DNA of 64,000 nt from NCBI RefSeq assembly GCF_009914755.1, contig NC_060928.1. One strand, 5' to 3'. Each line of letters opens with the position of its first letter. The first letter of the stretch is position 1. Shown here piece by piece: positions 43,415 to 57,450 of this stretch. This DNA is from the human T2T-CHM13v2.0 reference genome, Homo sapiens. The position numbers were made by a program, and so were the translations under genes. The notes beneath the pieces are model-generated. The model had not been told where the DNA came from. It was given only the letters and a program-made list of their open reading frames with translations, and made no database searches.

Positions 43415-44220
43415 ACCTCCGCGGGGGCGTCCCGCAGGTGCCCGACTCCAGCCATGCTGGCGCTACTGTGTTCCTGCCTGCTCCTGGCAGCCGGTGCCTC
43501 GGACGCCTGGACGGGCGAGGACTCGGCGGAGCCCAACTCTGACTCGGCGGAGTGGATCCGAGACATGTACGCCAAGGTCACGGAGATCTGGCAGGAGGTC
43601 ATGCAGCGGCGGGACGACGACGGCACGCTCCACGCCGCCTGCCAGGTGCAGCCGTCGGCCACGCTGGACGCCGCGCAGCCCCGGGTGACCGGCGTCGTCC
43701 TCTTCCGGCAGCTTGCGCCCCGCGCCAAGCTCGACGCCTTCTTCGCCCTGGAGGGCTTCCCGACCGAGCCGAACAGCTCCAGCCGCGCCATCCACGTGCA
43801 CCAGTTCGGGGACCTGAGCCAGGGCTGCGAGTCCACCGGGCCCCACTACAACCCGCTGGCCGTGCCGCACCCGCAGCACCCGGGCGACTTCGGCAACTTC
43901 GCGGTCCGCGACGGCAGCCTCTGGAGGTACCGCGCCGGCCTGGCCGCCTCGCTCGCGGGCCCGCACTCCATCGTGGGCCGGGCCGTGGTCGTCCACGCTG
44001 GCGAGGACGACCTGGGCCGCGGCGGCAACCAGGCCAGCGTGGAGAACGGGAACGCGGGCCGGCGGCTGGCCTGCTGCGTGGTGGGCGTGTGCGGGCCCGG
44101 GCTCTGGGAGCGCCAGGCGCGGGAGCACTCAGAGCGCAAGAAGCGGCGGCGCGAGAGCGAGTGCAAGGCCGCCTGAGCGCGGCCCCCACCCGGCGGCGGC
44201 CAGGGACCCCCGAGGCCCCC
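43415..44220. promoter_or_regulatory. Intragenic CpG island over the SOD3 coding exon
   Basis: Very high GC and CpG density, in contrast to the CpG-depleted flanks. Confidence 0.9.
43454..44176 (+). CDS. SOD3: Extracellular superoxide dismutase [Cu-Zn] (EC-SOD), 240-aa precursor encoded in one exon
   Basis: ATG at 43454 (gccATG). The protein has an 18-aa signal peptide MLALLCSCLLLAAGASDA, Cu/Zn motifs IHVHQFGD, GPHYNP, HPQHPGDFGN, GRAVVVHAGEDDLG and GNAGRRLACC, an N-glycosylation sequon NSS, and the heparin-binding tail RKKRRRESECKAA, ending at TGA 44174-44176. It matches the known human EC-SOD sequence. Confidence 0.99.
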   Translation: MLALLCSCLLLAAGASDAWTGEDSAEPNSDSAEWIRDMYAKVTEIWQEVMQRRDDDGTLHAACQVQPSATLDAAQPRVTGVVLFRQLAPRAKLDAFFALEGFPTEPNSSSRAIHVHQFGDLSQGCESTGPHYNPLAVPHPQHPGDFGNFAVRDGSLWRYRAGLAASLAGPHSIVGRAVVVHAGEDDLGRGGNQASVENGNAGRRLACCVVGVCGPGLWERQAREHSERKKRRRESECKAA

Positions 44221-44776
44221 CTCTGCCTTTGAGCTTCTCCTCTGCTCCAACAGACACCTTCCACTCTGAGGTCTCACCTTCGCCTCTGCTGAAGTCTCCC
44301 CGCAGCCCTCTCCACCCAGAGGTCTCCCTATACCGAGACCCACCATCCTTCCATCCTGAGGACCGCCCCAACCCTCGGAGCCCCCCACTCAGTAGGTCTG
44401 AAGGCCTCCATTTGTACCGAAACACCCCGCTCACGCTGACAGCCTCCTAGGCTCCCTGAGGTACCTTTCCACCCAGACCCTCCTTCCCCACCCCATAAGC
44501 CCTGAGACTCCCGCCTTTGACCTGACGATCTTCCCCCTTCCCGCCTTCAGGTTCCTCCTAGGCGCTCAGAGGCCGCTCTGGGGGGTTGCCTCGAGTCCCC
44601 CCACCCCTCCCCACCCACCACCGCTCCCGCGGCAAGCCAGCCCGTGCAACGGAAGCCAGGCCAACTGCCCCGCGTCTTCAGCTGTTTCGCATCCACCGCC
44701 ACCCCACTGAGAGCTGCTCCTTTGGGGGAATGTTTGGCAACCTTTGTGTTACAGATTAAAAATTCAGCAATTCAGT
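44177..44776 (+). other. SOD3: SOD3 3'UTR (C-rich)
   Basis: Runs from the stop codon to the inferred cleavage site about 15 nt after ATTAAA (44755-44760). Confidence 0.85.
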
Positions 44777-44830
44777 ACTGCGTCGAGGTCTTGGTTACTT
44801 TTTTGTTTGTTTGTTTTAGGCTTCTCTCCC
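44755..44830 (+). terminator. SOD3 polyadenylation signal and downstream U/GU-rich element
   Basis: ATTAAA at 44755-44760 is followed by ttttttgtttgtttgtttt near 44800. Confidence 0.85.
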
Positions 44831-47467
44831 AAGCTGAGCTTTTTTTTGTTTTGTTTTCGTTTTCCTTTTTTTTCTTTTTTTTGGGAGTGGCAAACATGCT
44901 TCCCAAATCCCTACAGGACTTCTCCTTATCCTCTGCCCCCACCTCCCTAACCCTGCTGGCAACAACGTTCAGCCACTGCTTGTCTTGCCCTTCAGTGTGG
45001 CTCCAAGAGGAAGATCACCAGAATCACTCAGGGAAGTTAAAAAAAAAAATACAGCTTCCTGGGCTACATCCCAGAGCTGTGGAATCCAAAGGGAGAAGAG
45101 AAAGTGAATTTGCGACAAGCGTCGGGATGATTCTGGCACTGGACCCTCTGGCCTGAGAGGGGAAGAGGCCTTCCATCTCACCTGGGCTGGTAGCTTGTCA
45201 CATCTGCCTCCGAGTACAGCCTTAGGTCCATTTCCCAGATATCAGAGACAGTGCCAGGGAAGCCAGGTGACTGCATCTTGCCTAGGCACAGAAGAGTAGG
45301 GTTGGAATGTGACGTTGTTAGCATTTGGCAGGACCAAAACCAGAGGCAAACGGAGGCAGTGGGATGGAAAGGCAGTTGATTTTGATGAAGGCTTGTTGGG
45401 AGTTCAGCTTTCTTTTGAAACTTATAATCTATACCCAGGCTAGAACAGTCTTGTGTATACACCTTCATTCATGGAATAAACGTACTTGCAATAACTTTTT
45501 AGCCTCCCAGGGTAGCCTCACTTCCTAGCTGTGACTTTTCCACCCTGGTTACTGGGAGGCAGCTTCCATTTCTCCCAGACTAGCTAGGCAGTGCGTCCAA
45601 CTGAACCGCAGCCAGAAACCTGTCTCCAGGGGTTATTTTTACCTCTAACTAGGACTAACTTATTTTAAAATCTTTCCTTGAGCCCAAGTGACAACTGAAG
45701 AGAAAGGCTATTGCCTGGTGATTTTGCTCCACCAGTTGGTTCTCACTGGTTTGAATACTAACTTGAACTGTACTCATCGACACTGAAAGGGGATGAGCAA
45801 ACAGTGTCTCTAAATCTCCTGATCCTGATCTCAAATATCCCCCTAATTACAAGTTGCAACAAGGCAGCTATTACACGGGGACACAGGATGGAGAGGATGG
45901 GTGCCAAACACCCATCGTCTACTCTGCTGCCTCGGTTATGGTGAATTCAGGACCATCAAGGGAGGTGTGGACCTTTTTTTTCAGAAGGAGGCTGACACTT
46001 CTTGTCAATTGCATTGTGTTCTTAGTTTTGCTCTTCACAACCCTTGACCCCGTAGATGGGGGCTGAAGAGGCACCCTGGCCGACTCACTCTATTTCTGTT
46101 TTGGGAATGGGATGGATAAACTATCCCATGGGCCTCCAGAGCCAAAAAACCAAAACGAAACAAAACAAAAAACCCCAAAACAAAAAAGCAAAAAGCAAAC
46201 AAGAAAAAAAAAAAAAGAGGAAATAATAGGCAGACAATTTACAGTTCATTGTAAGGGCAAAGATATGCATATAGCATGATGGTTAACAGGTCAGACTCAG
46301 GTAGAAAGGCCCATTTGAACCCCAGCTCTGCCACACTCAGAAACTGTGTGACCCGAACAAGTCACTTAACCTCTCTGAGCATAGGTAAAATAAGATCATC
46401 ATACCAGATTGTTTTGAAGATTAAATCAAGTGTTATTCACGAGAGGTGCACAGCATAGCATGCACAACAAATAAGGACCTGGTAAGTATCTAATTAATAA
46501 CAATGGCTAAGATCCAAAAAACAGCTACCTACTAATAAATAGATGGGGCTGCCTTGTAAGGCAGTGAGCATCATGCAACCAGGATTCAAATGAAGGACAG
46601 TTGCTACCTCTGAGGTTCCCGAGAAGGATTTCTGCATCCATTGAGAGACTGAATGACATGAACTCTGCGATCCCATCTCTTGTGGGGAGGGAACCTAGAA
46701 TGAAGGGAAGATTGTGGGCCATAAAGGCAGACATCTGGTTCCTGGCACAGAACCATATGTGTGCCACCAAAGCCACCCACCGGACCCCACTTGGCCCCTG
46801 GAGTCTATTTTTACTCCTCTCATCTTACAGATCTATTTTGTTAATCTCCTTATATTTGCTGTTTTGACTTCCCAGCCAGCTTGCTAATCAGTTTGCCTAT
46901 TTGACTCACAGGGTTTGCATTTGTCACGGGGACTGAAACACACGCTTGTTTTGATTTCTTTTTGTAAAATTAGAAGCGTTTGATGTAATGACTCTACCTA
47001 GACACAGCTGGTAAAGTGAGAATAATGCTCAAGTTTGCACAGTTTAAACACAATGTAGACAATAATTAGAAATGCTATCTTTAGATGTTTAGGATAAGCT
47101 TTTTCTCAGAATTGCACTGATTTTTTTTTTCTGAGTGGGGCTTTTTAGTGCATATATACAGAAATACTAAAAACGTAAGAAAATAGAGCAAATCAGTGAG
47201 TGCTTTGGTCAACTTGAAAGACTGCAGGAAATAAACCAACTGATTTTAGATCTGCCTTTTTTTGACTGAATGCATAAAATCTTTACATTCTCCATATTTT
47301 TCATGACTACCATATGATCAAATAGTTTTAGGTGACAGATTGCAACTGATAAGTTGCTGCAATATGGCAGAAGTCATGCTCAGCCTCCGCTTGCCCGGTG
47401 GTGAGGGTGGAATATGAAGCAAACAATAAAGATAATTCATCATCTCTATCAGGAAAATTGCCACATG

Positions 47468-47473
47468 TTTATT
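47468..47473 (-). terminator. Candidate distal polyA signal (AATAAA) for an extended CCDC149 3'UTR
   Basis: tttatt on +, at the end of an AT-rich, repeat-poor, 3'UTR-like stretch (about 47450-48100). Confidence 0.45.
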
Positions 47474-48141
47474 TCAGGTAACAAAAAAGATATAGTTATG
47501 ATATACAATGACCATAGAATCCAATAAAGCAACTTCTGCAAATGAATAGAAGGTACTTTTTCTTTAAATGAAACTACAAAATAGCAGCTGGTTTTAAAAA
47601 CAAAGCCAATTGTTTTAGATTTAATAGGCTACCACTGGCCTCTGCTAAGATCCCCAAATATATTCCTGAGCTCACATAGATTCCAGAAAGTCAAACTTTT
47701 CAATATTATGCAAACTTTCCCTATGCATCCAAAAAATTCTCATTTAGTAAAGAGGTGATATGAAATGTAAGGCAGCATGTCCATATCTATCATTTTAAAT
47801 TGCCTTCATGCTGTATCAACTGGTTTTGTTTTGGGAAGCAACCATAATATTGAGAGACGGGTCTTTCCTATTTTTTCTGCTACTCATTTCTAACTAGATT
47901 CACTACGGAGCTCCCAATTGCATCTCTCTGATCTACAAATTTTTCTCTCTTCAGGAAGACACCTGGAAAGAAGGGACTACATTAAAGGAGTGTGTTGGGG
48001 GCAATGCTTTGGCCTTTTGACATCCTATCTAGTCTGAAGGGACCCTCACTATTGCTAAGGAGGAGGAGTGTTTTAAATGGAGGCTTCAGAATGAAAGCAG
48101 AGGAAGAAGGTACTCTCTTTTTCAAAAAGAAGGAGGGTACA

Positions 48142-48456
<315 letters not shown>

Positions 48457-50009
48457 TCATCCACAAGGCTGTGGGAAAACAACAAAGCCAAGAGGGCACC
48501 CCATTTTTTTGGAGTGAAAACCAACAGGGGCAAAGGCATGCTGTAATTTTAAAGAGACAGAGAAGATCACCTCAGTGAGTAAGCAGCTGGTCTTTGTCAT
48601 TCCTTAAAGAGGAGACAGAACTTTTCATGCCATATCGTGAACCGGGGTGCAAAGGCTCCCGGTAGGAATAACACATCAAAAAATTTACTCCAACATGTGA
48701 ATAATTGATAGCAGAGCCCTTTTCTAGCACTTTGCATCGTGATGGTGGTGCATGTTTGGGAGGGAGGTCACAGAAGAGGAGCAACGATGGGCAAACTAAT
48801 TTAGCTTGCTTAAGATTGCCAAAAGCTGGGAGGGTCCAGCCGGCATTGAGCTGAGGCCATCAGGAGCCTCCCAGCTAGAGAGGCTTTGGGAATAGCTGTG
48901 GGAGCAAGAGAAGGAACGGGGAGGGGAGAAGAAGGTGGGCAGAGAAGGTGTGGAAGGAGGAAGAGCAAGAGTGAGGGATGAGAAATGCCTGGTTTACAAA
49001 AACCAATCCACTTCTACAGGCCTTAATCAAAAGAAAGACAAACGCTCATGTAAAAATCCACACCTAGAGGCTCTCAGGCACAGAGCGATCACAGGAGAGG
49101 CAGAGTGTGCAAACAAGCTTTCATTAAGAGACCTGTCAGCTCTGTTTCATTTCTCCAGGCTGCTCTGCATTCTGCTGGCAATCCAGCTGGAAAAATAATG
49201 GAAGGACAAACACGTCTGAACAGGCAAACAAAGGTGGGAACATTCCACCTACAGAACAGGACAGATCAGAAAGATGCCAGGGAGGGGGGATGAGATGGCT
49301 TTTTTCTGAGCAAACAACCATAGCCCCTCCCCTTAACTCCAAACTCATCGGAAACATGATTTTCTGGCTTTTTATGCAGCAACAAAAAGACATGGGGTTC
49401 AGAGACAGCACCATTGGTTGTCTATTCCCAACTCTCTTACACATCCCAAGATATGATTCTGTTTTGGTGTTCAGCCTTTTAGAGTCTGAATGTCTAGCGA
49501 CAGGGCCCTTCTTCAGTTCTTAAGGGTGAATCTTGGTGAACCTAAACAGATCATGGTAATACCATCTCCCTTGCTAAGAAATGGTTAAGACATTGTCATG
49601 TGACATCATCATGTGACAAGGTCTCATGCGACCACAAGCCCCAGGTGATCATTCTGACCAATAAAATGTGATAGGAACTGGGTTTCTCGCTCTTGAAACA
49701 CACACACACACGTATGTGGGAAGAAACTTCCTTCTGCCTTTGAACAGGTGTTATCTGGAGCTGTTGCAGCCACCTCGTTATCATGAGAAAGCAGCTGACA
49801 CAGCAGGAAGAGCAGGAAGATGGAAACCTAGAACCTTGACAACTTTCTTGAATGTATAGCCCTGGAATGCCTTACTTTCGAAGTTCCTGTTATACAACAT
49901 AATTCATTTCCCTACCGCTTAAGTTTCTGTTAAGTGTGGCTTGAAGCTGAGAGGACCATGACTGATGCAGGGTTATCTAGTGAAGTAGGGGACAGAATGC
50001 CACAACCTT

Positions 50010-50070
50010 AAACTATGATCCTAAAAAAGACAAAAGACAGCTGTAAGTAATTGCAGAAAGCCCCTTTAAT
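50010..50070 (-). terminator. CCDC149 proximal polyA signal (ATTAAA) and GU-rich downstream element
   Basis: tttaat at 50065-50070 on +. The + strand run aaaaaagacaaaagacag is a U/GU-rich element on -. Confidence 0.7.
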
Positions 50071-52319
50071 GTCTGTGGAACAGAAGAACCATGTTGGATG
50101 GGGAAAGCAGGGGCAGGACACACGTGTCGCGTATCTATGGGGTGTTATCAGGGTTATATCTGTGACAGGATCAACTAACTTACTGGCTCTCATTTCACCT
50201 GATAACATAAGACCCTCCCCGCTGACTACACACAGTTTAGGTTATCACTCCTTATGACTCCTGCTCCCTGCCCTGCACCCTAGATTCTCTGGGACTCACC
50301 GCAGTTTTCCTGACTCTGATGGAATGTGCTGGAGTCTATTACGAGCCCTGCTTTTCAGAAGGTGCTCAACAGGCCCTGAAGATGTGCATCTGGCCGATGG
50401 TGGGTCAAAACCAGAGTTCTGCAGGCTGAGATTTTTCCTTTTATTATTATTAAACTTGGCTGTGTTTTCCTTCGGTGGCTCTGGCATCCTATGCAGTAGT
50501 GCTGGACATTTGCAGGCAGTTAAGGCCCAGTACAGCAGGAAGAATGATTTCTGTGACTGCTGGTCTGTGCAAGCCCTCCAGCTGCGGGAGCAACCTCCCT
50601 TGAGGAGAAGTTGTGGGGGTGGGCCTGGTGGGGAGGGCGATAGGCTGGGACAGAAGGAAGGATGGAATACTGGACCTGGTGGCCAGGGGTCAATGGGATG
50701 TCCTTCTCACCAGAAGCAACAGAACGCCGACTCCAGCATGCTCCCATTTCAACTAAAGTAGTGGGAGACCCACCCAATGTGCATCAAAGGCCTGGGTCCT
50801 TCTGGGCTGCACTTTGAGGAGGAGCAGCATAGTAAGGGATGGGGCGCCCATTCTGCTAGCAGAGTGATTCCTGGAGATGCAATCTGGGAGGGATGTATCC
50901 ACGTGGCTGACCCCTCGTGTCCAGATGTCACATCTTAGTGTCATGAGCCTGGTATAAACATTGAATTTTTAGGATGCATTTTCACTGAGAGGCTACCACT
51001 CTGGGAGCCTCTCTTTTTCCTGCAAGGAGCGCCTCTCAAAGGAGTGATTCTGGTTCTCAGAGGCATTCTGAGCTTTGGGATCTAGTCTCAGGCTTTCCAG
51101 GGAAGGAAAAAGCTATGGCTGGATGACTTTTAGTTTTCTGCAGTGCCGGATGCCAACTAGAAAAGCTCATTTTTATCTGAAAGGAAAGAACCAGCTAGAA
51201 TTGAGCATGCCCTCCTTTCCCATCCCTGTATCATGTCCTTGGTTCCACATCCCCCCTTGCCATGCTGTTGTGAAGTTGTTTTGTTTTCCTCTCTCTTTCC
51301 CATAAAAGGTCATGAGCTCTGTTTCTGTCTTTAAGATTCCCGTACTTGGTGGCACAAATGAGGCAGCCTCAACATTCTGTTGAAGGAGTGAAGGGTTTGG
51401 AAGTTCCAGGTGGTGCAGGAAACTAGACTGGCTCCCAGCAGGTAGATCTTTCCCAAACCTGAAATGGCCATACAATCCTGTATGTGAGACAGGCTGAATG
51501 CAGAGAATGAGCATTTCCAGGTGGTAGCTCTCATCTCATCTCACAAAAAAAACCAGACCACCACTGGGAGTCCTGTTCCCCGGCTTTTATGCTCACCCCT
51601 CCCAGTCACTTCAGATCAGTTAATTCTCCAGATTTACAAGCTAGAAAACTCCAGCTCTGGCACTCAGCACACAGGCCTCAACCGGGGCCGTGGATTTCAA
51701 CCCAGAAGCCCAAACTTCTCAGCCGGCTTAAGGCCCCTTCCAACTGCCAGTCTGTACCACGACAGCAGTGCTGTGGGCACAATGCCAAGCACACCCATGC
51801 CAGGCAGTCCTCCTGGGCCCTGACTTGATGGGGTGCAGCCATGGGTCCTCTGGACACGTTTTGCTCAATTATACCTTCCTCTCCAGCTGCCTAACCTTGA
51901 CCAAGATGGGGACCTGATTAAAAACCCCATCAGTTTCTAGCTCTTCCCATAATTTTGATTGACAACATTAAATGCTAATACAAAAACATCTTATCTCTGA
52001 TAAAACAAAAGCTGACAGAAAGACGGATGCTGAAAACCAGCCATATGGTGGACACGATTCCTGGGCCTGGCCCTGTTCACAGTAGCACTCTCTGGCAGAA
52101 AAGAGATGACACTGAGAAGCTTGAGGACCTACATTTAATAAATCAAACTGTACTGGCATCATCAGAATATTCACAGTTTGCAACAGGATCAGCGCGTTTT
52201 CTCACTTGCAGACTCGGAGGTATTTCAGGAGAAGGCGACGTGAGCGCACCATTCCGATGCTTCATTCTTGACCCTCTCTGGGGCTTTCAATGTGTCATTG
52301 TGTCAGATCCCTCTCCCCT
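50050..52319 (-). other. CCDC149: CCDC149 3'UTR to the proximal polyA site
   Basis: Unique, repeat-poor sequence downstream of the stop. It ends near a minus-strand ATTAAA (tttaat at 50065-50070), followed on - by tgtcttttgtctttttt. Confidence 0.75.
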
Positions 52320-52799
<480 letters not shown>

Positions 52800-55411
52800 T
52801 CACCGCCCCTCTTCTGCCAACCTCCTGCCCAGCCTACCAGCACAGGGCCTCTGAAAAAGGAGCAAGACTTTTTTGGCTCCCTGTGCAGGGCAATGGAGCC
52901 AAAGGGGAACACAGGACCCAGGTGAAACCAGCGAGCATGCATTCTAGTGATTCCTGCATTATTAACAGAGGGCAAGGGAGCACTTGGGCCATGTCATAAT
53001 CCATCCTTTCCAGGCACCTGGTTAGCTTCTGTTCCATTCTCTAATGGCCGCTCCTTGTGCCCATTAAATATTTAAATTGAGGACAAAGGTTTTGTTGGTT
53101 CTGCAGCTGAGAGCCAGGGCTTGTTAGTAATGAAAAAAGGTTCCGGCTGCATTGAGGGTGGGAAGAAGAAGGATAGTTCGGGAAGGATTTAGTGCCACCC
53201 CTTCTCCACGATTCTCCATCAGCATCTCATTCCTTAATGCGGACACCTAGTGTTCCTCAATATCAAATAAATTATATGCAAATACACCTTCAAGCCCCCT
53301 CCCCTGTTGAGTTGTTGTCCCTAAACCCCTTCTCTATAGGATGGAAATTCTAGCACTGCAACAGGAAGGACATGGGAGAGAAGGGGGAGCCCTTAAAGTG
53401 CTGACATCCAGCCCTCATTTCCCTACTCACTTGCTTTGTGATCAGGATAGGACTCTCTGATGCCCCTTCTGGACCTAACCAGCAATGCTTGCTCTGCATG
53501 AGTGGGGAGCAGCATGGCGGAGCCAGCTCTTAGTACCCGGGCATGTGCATTCAATAACAGACACTGAGTTTCCCCAGAAGCCAATCTCTTCCCAGCCCTC
53601 AGGCTAAACAGTGAAGAAAGGTATGACAGAGCCACAGTGGGACTGGGTTTAGCCTGGACACATGTCCTGGACCAGGAATGAGGGGCCCCCAGGAACACTT
53701 TCTGGTACCCCTGAATGGAACCACAGCAGAACCCTGCTGTAGTGGGGCTTGCTATCATATATGCGCAGGTATGTTTTCAGGCTGTAAGTTGGAACTTGGG
53801 GAGCTGGAGAACTGCAGCAGGTTAGAAAGGATGTTGAGCATCATCTGGCCATGCCATTTTCCTGCTTAAAACCTTCTGCTGGAGCCTTGTCACTTTCAGG
53901 ATAAATTTCCTTTCGCTTAGGCCCTTACAAGGTCCTGCTGATGTGCTCCTGTTTCACTCTGCAGCCTCATTTCACACAGTTTCATCACACGTGTCCTCCC
54001 AGCCATGTCACGCACCCATTAGGTCTCCACATGCACTGATCAGTTTCTCCCCTCTGTTAAATAAATCCTCCCAGCTAACGCTTATTGGGTGCTTTTCCAC
54101 ACTAGGCACTGCACTAAACATTTGACGTGTTTATCTCATTCTAAATTTAAGTCCATGAGAACAGGAGCCTCATCTGACTCATCCAGTGTCTGACACATTC
54201 TAAGCATTCAAAAATATTTAAAAAATAGTTCCCTTTCTTTTATAAATGGAAGTATAATATACACAAAGAGAAGTGCACAGAACTTATGTATCCAGCTCAA
54301 TGAATTTTCACAAAGTGAACTCACCCATATAACCAGGATGAGAAACAAAATATTACCAACCCCTGCAAACACTTCCAAGTCCAGGACTCCTGGACCCCCT
54401 TTCCAGTCCCTTTTCTGCTGCCAGGGATAACCATTAGCCTATTTAAAATGCTGAAATGAGATCTGCCTGGTCCTTGAACTTTATATCCAGGAATCTTACT
54501 GTGCTGGTTCCTTTCGCTTCCCATGATGTTTGTGAGATTTACCCATGTTTATGAGTACAGAATTTGTTCATTTGAATGCACCACAATTTCCAACAGGTAT
54601 GTAAATGTTGAATGAAAATGGGCAAGCCAGAAACAGAAAAAGAGATAGAAATTGAGAGCAGACATATTAAACGATTCACACCATCACTCAAAATTGCAGA
54701 AATCTAAGTCCCAACGAAATGTAGTTTTTCCTCTATCAGAATGACAAAAATGAAAAGGTTTGACAAAGCTCAGTGTTGAGAAGGATGCAGGGAAACAGGT
54801 ACAATCATACATTAATAAAGAAAATAAAAATTAGTAAGACTCTTTTATAGGCCAGATATTTCAAGACACATTGTTCTTAGATACTCACTACAACACTGTT
54901 TTTAAAAACAGAAGTCTGGAAAACTCCAAGTGCTCATCAACAGGGGATTATGTATACAGATTTACTTGCCAAGTTGCGAGATTCTTTCTGATAATATGCA
55001 CTAAAAATTGTAGGTTGTCTCTGGAAAGCAGACTGAGGACCACAGCAAGAAGCAAGGGTGGAGGAAGACTTTAAGCTTAATTTTCCACTTTTCTGTGCTA
55101 TTTATATTTTTTAACATGTGCTGTATTCCTATTTTATAAAACAAGATATGCAACCTCCAAGATTCTACCATCCAATATCACCTCATCTTTCCTTTGCTAC
55201 ACTGATCTGTAGAGCTAGGAACCCATATCCACTGCTTTCACTTCCCAGAGCTGATTCATATCTTCGATCCTTCAGTCTATCCTGCGTCCCCCCTGCTTGT
55301 GAGGTCTACATCCCCCTCCCCACCCTGTAGCATACTTTCCCATTGGCCACATGCTCCTCGCAAGCTGTTTCTCCCTGTAGTCTCTCCTTCAATCTAGTTC
55401 TGTGAGCATGC

Positions 55412-56185
<774 letters not shown>

Positions 56186-56554
56186 ATGCCTTCCCAGTTC
56201 CCTTTGTTGATTCTGATATTTCCTTCTGGCCCCTCTGAGGGCACTTCCCCCAGTGATCTGCCATCTGTTTCTCTTCATTCATTCTCACTCATTAGCTATC
56301 ACATGACCTTAATTCCTGCCTCTGAGTACAGCTCCCAGATCTATATCGATGGCTCTGCTCGCTTCTTGTAGAAGATACAGACCCACGTTTCTGGCTGCCA
56401 ATAGGATCCTCTACCTGGAAAATCTGCCGGCACTTTCCAGAAGACAGTTTTCCCCCATAGAGTCCCTCCTGTTTGCAGTTTCGGTAATGCTTCGTAGTCA
56501 CATGGGCTTAAGACCTTGAAGACCAGTCAATGCCAAGTCCTGTCTTTGTCCCTC

Positions 56555-56910
56555 TGTATTAGTCTGTTTTCATGCTGCCAATAAAGACATACCCAAGACT
56601 GGGTAATTTATAAAGGAAACAGGTTTAATGGACTCACAGTTCCACATGGCTGGGGAGGCCTCACAATCATGGTAGAAGACGAAAGAAGAGCAAAGGAACA
56701 TCTTATATGGCAGCAGGCAAGAGAAAGTGTGCAGAGGAACTCTCATTTATGAAACCATCAGATTTTGTGAGACTTATTCGCTACCAAGAGAACAGTATGG
56801 GGGAAACCACCCCCATGATTCAATTATCTCCACCTGGCCCCACCCTTGACATGTGGAGATGATTACCATTTAAGGTGAGAGTTGGGTGAGGACACAGCCA
56901 AACCATATCA
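56555..56910 (-). mobile_element. THE1-like solo LTR
   Basis: tgtattagtctgttttcatgctgccaataaagacatacccaagactggg ... ccaaaccatatca, with a 5-bp TSD ccctc on both sides. Confidence 0.92.
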
Positions 56911-56920
56911 CCCTCAGTGC

Positions 56921-57299
56921 TGTAGACTGAATGCTTGTGTCCTCCCCACATTCATATTGAGGCCCTAATCCCCAGTGTGATGGTATTTGGAGGTGAGGCC
57001 TTTGGGAGGTACTCAGGGTTAGATGAGTCATGAAATGGGTCCCTCATAATGGGATTTGTACCCTTATATGAAGAGGAAGGGACCAGAACCCCCTCTTTCT
57101 CTGCCATTTGAGGATGGCAATACAGCAAGAAGGCCACCATCTGCAAAACAGGAAGAAGGCCCTCCTGAGTCACAGAATCTCTTAGCACCTTGATCTTGGA
57201 CTTCCCAGCCTCTGGAACTAAGAGAAATAAATGTCTGCTTCTTGTTGAAAACACTCAGTCTATGGTAGTCTGTTACAGCAGCCTGAACTGACTAAGACA
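56921..57299 (+). mobile_element. MLT1A0-like LTR
   Basis: tgtagactgaatgcttgtgtcctcccc ... gcagcctgaactgactaagaca. Confidence 0.85.
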
Positions 57300-57418
57300 T
57301 TCAGAAATGTTCCTTGCATCTGCCCACTCTTCTCCTTGCCCAATACCAAACATGGCTTGGATTTCTAAGGTTTCTAGATAAATTGCTGAGGCATATATCC
57401 CCAAGGTTCAGCTTGGGG

Positions 57419-57419
57419 A

Positions 57420-57446
<27 letters not shown>
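57419..57446. repeat. (TA)n microsatellite
   Basis: About 13 TA units, directly visible. Confidence 0.95.

Positions 57447-57450
<4 letters not shown>

Noticed and set aside
43382-43453. 24-aa N-terminal extension of the SOD3 ORF (MFHVTK...)
   Set aside because: The ATG at 43382 is intronic, upstream of the acceptor at 43437. The signal peptide starts at 43454.
43402-44434. Long antisense and alternative-frame ORFs over SOD3 (144-226 aa)
   Set aside because: Expected from stop-codon scarcity in a very GC-rich exon. They are low-complexity Arg/Pro/Gly/Ala sequences with no recognisable domain.
50143-50207. 10-bp inverted repeat tgttatcagg/cctgataaca in the CCDC149 3'UTR
   Set aside because: Too short and too widely spaced to distinguish from chance.
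50324-50777. 145-aa (+) and 85-aa (-) ORFs in the CCDC149 3'UTR
   Set aside because: No recognisable homology, domain or convincing exon structure.
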